Shown: piece by piece, positions 58,163 to 64,000 of the stretch
How positions within the stretch are numbered: the stretch's first letter is position 1
How the letters are laid out: each line of letters starts with the position of its first letter
Assembly (NCBI GenBank): GCA_002633005.1
Contig: NMRA01000140.1
Span: forward strand, 558,001 to 622,000
Direction: 5' to 3'
Origin: Phoronis australis
Lineage: Eukaryota > Animalia > Phoronida
DNA: 64,000 nucleotides
Made by a program: the position numbers and the translations under genes
The notes under the pieces: generated by a model
What the model was told of the DNA's origin: nothing
Database searches by the model: none
The model's input: the letters and a program-made list of their open reading frames with translations, nothing else

Positions 58163-59142
58163 CTAAGAATACAAACAATGCTGACTGATGCTCCAATTGA
58201 AAAGTGATGGAAATAATTCATGAAAAATTAGTATGCAAATTGTCCATGAAGACCTTATCCAAAACAAAGATTGTACTCCCTGAAATAATACTCACTGAAA
58301 TAATTATCAATGTTTAGTAACTTTCTGATAGCGATAGCTTGAACTACAGATTAAATACACAAAATCATAGAAGACTTAACCAGAAATTTAAATAATACAA
58401 AATTGTCCCAAAAATTGAAATGAGATGCATTGTTCAGCTCAAGTACTGTATAATGTTAAACCGTCATCAGCGAAAAAGTTTTGCCTGCAACAAATGCCAT
58501 GTGTAACAATTACTAGGTTCAAATATGTCAAAATTACTTGCAACTTTATATTTCTTCACAAGGTTATGATATTGCTAAATGTTAGTCATCTCATGACATG
58601 ATGCAAGAGTTCAAGTTTGAATGCGTTTTTGCACAAAATACACAGAACACGTGTATCAATCCTGTGCAAAAATTTGTTTAAGCTTTTCTTGATGTCTCCC
58701 AGCTATGAAACCAAAAAAGAAGCCTTCCTGACTGCATTCTTCAGCGTACCGTTACTTGAAAGTCTCACAATTACACTCCTGTGGAGGCACTGAGCACTCA
58801 AGATTCTCATCAACCAACTTTGAACTCTATGGCTGTAGACAGTTTACTAACAAACTTAAGGTGACACATTATATCTTTCAGTTCGTGGCCCCTTTTAATC
58901 AAATGTCATACACATGGTCTTAGCTAAGACAGTCATATCTTGAATTTTTATTGGTAGACAAACCATTAACATGGTTTAAAGAAGTTGAACCTGAATGTGA
59001 GCAGCAATCACGCCGACACAGTAACAAGTTTAGCTCTTTCAAAAACTGTAACTTCGCTTTCGCAATAGAGCAGTACGTGTGATTGTCTTTTCAAGACAAG
59101 CGGACGTATGACCTTTGATAGACCAGGCCCATGAACACTGAC

Positions 59143-59280
59143 CTGAGTAGAGCCTGGTGCCGATGGAGTCAGACACAACCTGACCCGTAAGGTCAACCTC
59201 GATACAGGAGTTGATGGCAGTTACCTTGGGGTTCTGCATTATGATGGGAATACTGTTGACAAAGCCTATGTCATTCATCA
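59143..59280 (-). CDS. CoA-transferase exon
   Basis: NPKVTAINSCIEVDLTGQVVSDSIGTRLYSG; tttcag| and |gtcagt, phase 1-1. Confidence 0.95.
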
Positions 59281-60125
59281 CTGAAACAACAAGATTAAGA
59301 CTCACTACATTGTAATACAGTGAGCAACATTGCGTAACAGTCCATTCATCAAGCTGTAATCAATGCAAGACAACAACAATCTTCTTAAAAATAAAAATAA
59401 TCAACAAAGGTGCTGAGAAAGTCCTAAATCAACTGCTGCCAGTGACTCCACTATAACAGCTTGCGTAATTTTTCTCCAAGTTCTGTTATAAGGCCTGTGA
59501 AATAACAAGCAGACGAGCCAAAATGACAACAGAAAGATGGGAAGACAACTACGCAGGTGCGCCTACAAATTTTTTGTGAGTGCACAATAAATGTAAACAA
59601 AACTCCACATAAGATTTTCTTTACTTAGTTTGAAACGGACAAAAACATGATGGGAAAGTAGTTAGAAAATCATTTACTATAAAGTATAGCAGCATCACGA
59701 ACCAAAAACAGAAAATCAATCAAGGAATAACATGACATATGCCTATTAAGCTGAATCATTCATTTTTTACGCTAATATCAAGTCTGTTTTTAATGATGTT
59801 TTTAGCTTTATTTCTCAAAAAACAGACAGTATACAGTAAAATTTCCAAAAGCCGGATCCAACTAGACCAAGAGACTTTGTCCAAAGAAAGGCAAAATTAG
59901 ACTTGTTGTATAAAGGGTTCAGCACAAGAAATAAACACAACCTTGCTTGCCTACATTGAGCCAAGATTCGACTTTCGTCATCCAGACTTATGCTAGGCTT
60001 ACTGTTACTGCAATAACTTTTCTCAATTACAAAACTTAACGTGACTTGTTATAACGACGACTGTTTTAGAAAAACTTAGTACGAATAAAGAGTGCTTTCG
60101 CGAGGACCTCACACAAATACCTTAC

Positions 60126-60262
60126 CAATGAATGGATTGTTATCCATAAAGTCGTAAAGTTTCTTGGTTCCAACCGCAAATCCACCAACAATCTTGCCTG
60201 TGTGGATGGTCTTCTTAGCGTTGGTGATGACCCCTTTGTCCACCAAGTCAATAATCCCATCG
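60126..60262 (-). CDS. CoA-transferase exon
   Basis: DGIIDLVDKGVITNAKKTIHTGKIVGGFAVGTKKLYDFMDNNPFI; acacag| and |gtaag, phase 2-1. Confidence 0.93.
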
Positions 60263-61059
60263 CTGTGTAGTGATAGTGAATACGTACAGTCACAAAAATA
60301 CGTTATGTATGAGCTGTTATTAACGTCTCATTATTGACTTGATATTTTGAGTACTACTATTAAAATTACTGATCAAATTTTAATACGCTATATATATATA
60401 TCATGCATTTAATTTTAAATATTTTATATACTACGGTGTACTTCCATGACAAACCCACTGGAGCTCCCCCTAGGTGCAGTGAGCTGTGACTAGCTACTGA
60501 TAGCACTGAGGCCATCTCTTTACAGTCAGTCTTTTAAGAGTTAGCTAGCTGAATCAGGTCACTGAGTCTTGGACATTTCAAGGTAACAATTAGTGTCACC
60601 AGGCAATGCACGAGCTTGCTATTTCACTTACACTAATTGGCCATTGTGTTAGTTAATGCATACATACAATGTTTTGTCACTCCAATGACAGGATATTAAG
60701 CAATTTAAAACAAGAGCAACACAAAGCTGTGAAATGCACCCATGGTAACAAAAACCTATTTCCTTAATTTCATGAAAATCCAGCACGAAAATCCAAAGAT
60801 ACAGAGGCAAACAAAAAGTCATAAACATTATTGCCACTAGGAGACACGAGCAGCGATAGCTGGAGCTTCAGGAAAAAAGTCGTCACCTGTAGTTAAGTTT
60901 ATAGAAATACAATTGCCAAAATTGTCAAAGATGCTGTAAAGGTTTAAAGAGAGACAGCCGTAGATACAAAAAACAAAATTACAACCAGAGAGTGCCATTG
61001 CATTTGGGTTGATTTGAAAATCAACATTAGATGTGATCATCTCAACAGGAACACATCTT

Positions 61060-61840
61060 CATATTTCCATATACCGAGAGGATCGACAGATACAGGGGAA
61101 GACACCCAAAAAACAAGACTCGTAAATATTAAAAATGGCCCCTAGAAGTCGAAAAACATGTTGAACCAGTCCCAAAATAAAAATGCATAGTTGTCTCCTT
61201 AAAAAAATCCAAGTGCCAAATTTAATGAAAATCTAACAAGGAGCTCCAAAAATACAGACTGGCAAACATTACGAAAAAAATTGCCAATAGGGGATCCATC
61301 CAAAACACATCGTCATCTGTCATCAGCTTTATATAAACTAAAGACCTAACAAAGGGTTCAGGAGATACGGTTACGGATGCAAACAAAACAAAATTGCATT
61401 AGAGGGTGCCACAGTAGTTGGACCCGTCTGAAAATCATCAATTTTCAAAACGATTGTACAAGCATTTAAGCAGATAGAGAGGAGGGCGTCAAAAAATTTG
61501 AAAAGAATAAAAATAGCCACTAGGGGGTGCAGTCCCTGCTGAATCTGTTTGAAATTGGGAAGGTGTCGTTAACATTTCAATAAAAATGCTCCTGTCGAAT
61601 TTCGTGAAAATGTATCAAGGAGTTAAGCAGATATACAGACAAACTTAAAAAAACTAAAAGTTGTCACTAGGGGGCACATCAGTTGTAATGTCCATCTGAA
61701 AATTGCCCAGTTTCATAGGTAGCACATGCCAAATTTCATAAAGATCCTCCAAGCCGTTTAGGAGATACAGCAGTAGAGGCCAAATGCTCGGACACTGATG
61801 ACGGCACTATGAACCCCCATATGTACGTGGTCTCATAAAA
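61060..61840. repeat. Intronic interspersed repeat built of degenerate tandem subunits
   Basis: Recurrent ccaaattt.at.aa.atc...aagg...ggagatac/gcagata and cactagggg motifs; related to 9190-9420 and possibly ~15250-15500. Boundaries are approximate. Confidence 0.55.
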
Positions 61841-62242
61841 ACTGGATCCCAAGTCAAGTAACTGTGCTCAATACATCATGAATTTTGTACAGACATACAA
61901 CACAGCTTCAGAAGATTGCAAATGATAACATGTGTCACTATTCGGCTTTACTTGTAAGAATCAAATTTTAATAGGACTGTTGTTACCCCAATGGCAAAAA
62001 CATACCAATCATATAAAAGCAAAGCATTTTTAAATTAGCAATACCGCATAGCAATACAGACAAGAAATGTAACAATTACCAAAAAAGCTACAGTTTGGCA
62101 TGTATGGTAAAAGAGGATGATGTTTAATCTAAAATGCATTAAACCTGTAAGATGTGGTAACTATTGTGACGTAAACACATTAGTGGTTTGTGCTGTTCCC
62201 CAAGTTGGGTGATACTCAGTCAGAGTTAGCACAGCGTGTTAC

Positions 62243-62321
62243 CTAAACATCTCCGAGTGAATGCCCAGGTCTCTGTGGCTCCAAAGACTGGCAAGGACAG
62301 TGTCTGGGATGGTACCAATAC
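62243..62321 (-). CDS. CoA-transferase exon carrying the catalytic Glu motif
   Basis: GIGTIPDTVLASLWSHRDLGIHSEMFS; tgccag| and |gtaac, phase 1-2. Confidence 0.93.
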
Positions 62322-62850
62322 CTGGCAAAAAGAAGACTCAAGTCAGCACATATCACTTCAACACAGACACATTTATGAGAACAACAAAACCCTAAAGTTT
62401 GTTAAATTTAAAATCGTTTCTAAGGCATCTTTATGTCATGCTTTCAATTATCATTTAATAGACTCAAATGTAAATGCACCTAAAATCAAATAAAACTGGC
62501 CAGTTAATACTAAACATTTGACATACAATATTTTGTTTCAGTGACAGTACGAAAGCTATTTCATATCAACACAATCTCATTTTTTAATGGGCGTAATGTG
62601 ACAAAAGCCATTTTATGGATTATTCCAGTGTTGTTTTCTGGGCAAGTCAGTTTGGACCACCCAACCATAATGTTTTGAAACGACAATCAGTTGAAATCTG
62701 CTGTGTCCCCAGATGGTGACAGAGTGAAGTGTGCTATCTACTTTAATTGCGAACATGGCTATTACCAACGCCATGGAGACAACCATTTACTACAAGGTTG
62801 CAGAGTGCTATGAGCACCTTTATTCAAGATGTGAGGCACTTAACACTCAC

Positions 62851-63039
62851 CCATCTGTAAGGTAGAGCCATCTTGCACGAGATTGGTGGCAATTATTCGC
62901 CCAATCTGTTCCTCGACTTCCGTGGCTGGCGGTAGGTGGAGCTCCGGCAGAGGTATATCCCCTTCCACCAGGGCGTCTATATGGGACACGTGCAGGTTTC
63001 CATCACCAAACGTTCGCGGGCAGTTGGGGTTGACTTGAG
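62851..63039 (-). CDS. CoA-transferase exon
   Basis: AQVNPNCPRTFGDG...IGRIIATNLVQDGSTLQMG; gtttag| and |gtgagt, phase 1-1. Confidence 0.95.
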
Positions 63040-63540
63040 CTAAACGCGAAACAAGAGTCTTCTTACACACAGGTGAACTTTCTAAGCAACATATTTTACA
63101 ATATCAGTTATTCTTTAGTTTTGCAGACATGTGGCTAAATACACCAACAAGTCAATAACGCCCTCCACAATCTTAACTGACAAAAGCAATGACATGTAAA
63201 TACAGTTAGGCAGGTGTAAACATCTGAAATTTCATAGCCTAGAAAGCTACATGGGGATATACAGCACACATCACAAATTTGTGTTAGAAATTGGTCGACG
63301 ACCGGTTGTCGACTCATTGCCGACCAGTCGAACAAAAATTCAAAATGTGAGCTGTAGTATCAATTTAAAGTTAAGGCCAAACATAGATGGCTGAGTTGTG
63401 TATATATCCATGTTAGCATTTCAAAGACTGTTTATGACACAGGCTGTGGGCATCTGACTCTGAATGCAAAAACACTGCTACGCCATCTGTTGGCAATAGG
63501 GTCGAATGAGTCAACTATGACACAACTCAAACAAACCCAC

Positions 63541-63780
63541 CAATAATATGCTTGGCATTCTGAATGGCGGCCCTAGTACAATCCACGCTCGCTCCCAGTG
63601 AGCAGTAGCCATGTTTGTCCGGCGGAGACACCTGAATGAGCGCAGTGTCAATCTTGACAATGTTACGTCTAAACAAGTGCACAGTCTCACACAAGAAGAT
63701 AGGCACAAAATCACCCCTTCCTTCATTCACTGCTTTACGGGCATTTCCAGAAATGAAGAGATTCTGTGCACGGAAAATAC
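63541..63780 (-). CDS. CoA-transferase exon; the gene's 5' end lies beyond the right edge of the window
   Basis: LFISGNARKAVNEGRGDFVPIFL...IQVSPPDKHGYCSLGASVDCTRAA; tttacag| and |gtgggt, phase 1-1. Confidence 0.95.
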
Positions 63781-64000
63781 CTGTAAAAAGAAGACACCAT
63801 ATGAGTAAGGCAAATACTGGTGGAAGAGCTCCGGAATGGCTCAAAACTTTCAAAAAATTTCCAAATACGTATGTCAGTTCAATAATCTACTCATGGACAG
63901 AATTGGGACTGGATACAACACCTGAAATGTGAATGTCTACAGACTTGGTCTTTCACCAGAAACAACCTGTACCATAATTGCATAATAACACTTTCATAAG

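Overview
AT-rich, intron-containing animal genomic DNA, most consistent with a marine invertebrate (inference), with one 957-N scaffold gap. Three host genes are supported by phase-compatible GT-AG exons: the 5' part of an anoctamin (TMEM16, ANO7-like) gene on the minus strand with two candidate alternative first exons (1-17 kb); a four-exon plus-strand gene of ~370-450 aa ending in an SVBP (small vasohibin-binding protein) motif (51-55 kb); and the 3' six exons of a family I CoA-transferase/acetyl-CoA hydrolase gene on the minus strand (58-64 kb). Between them (35.7-50.1 kb) is a transposon cluster: a solo LTR with TSD, a Merlin transposase relic and three nested or abutting, diverged copies of an unusual Ty3/Gypsy retrotransposon. 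Pieced together, the copies give the architecture LTR - tRNA-Ser-like PBS - Gag (N-terminal helix-hairpin-helix, CCHC knuckle) - -1 frameshift - PR-RT-RH-IN with a C-terminal PHD finger - third ORF encoding a zinc finger plus TatD nuclease - PPT - LTR. In the most complete copy, pol is badly disabled but the 2 kb TatD ORF is open with all metal-binding motifs. This TatD/PHD-carrying retrotransposon is the best candidate for an under-described system. I cannot verify novelty without database searches. The ~1.8 kb duplication flanking the gap looks like an uncollapsed-haplotype artefact.
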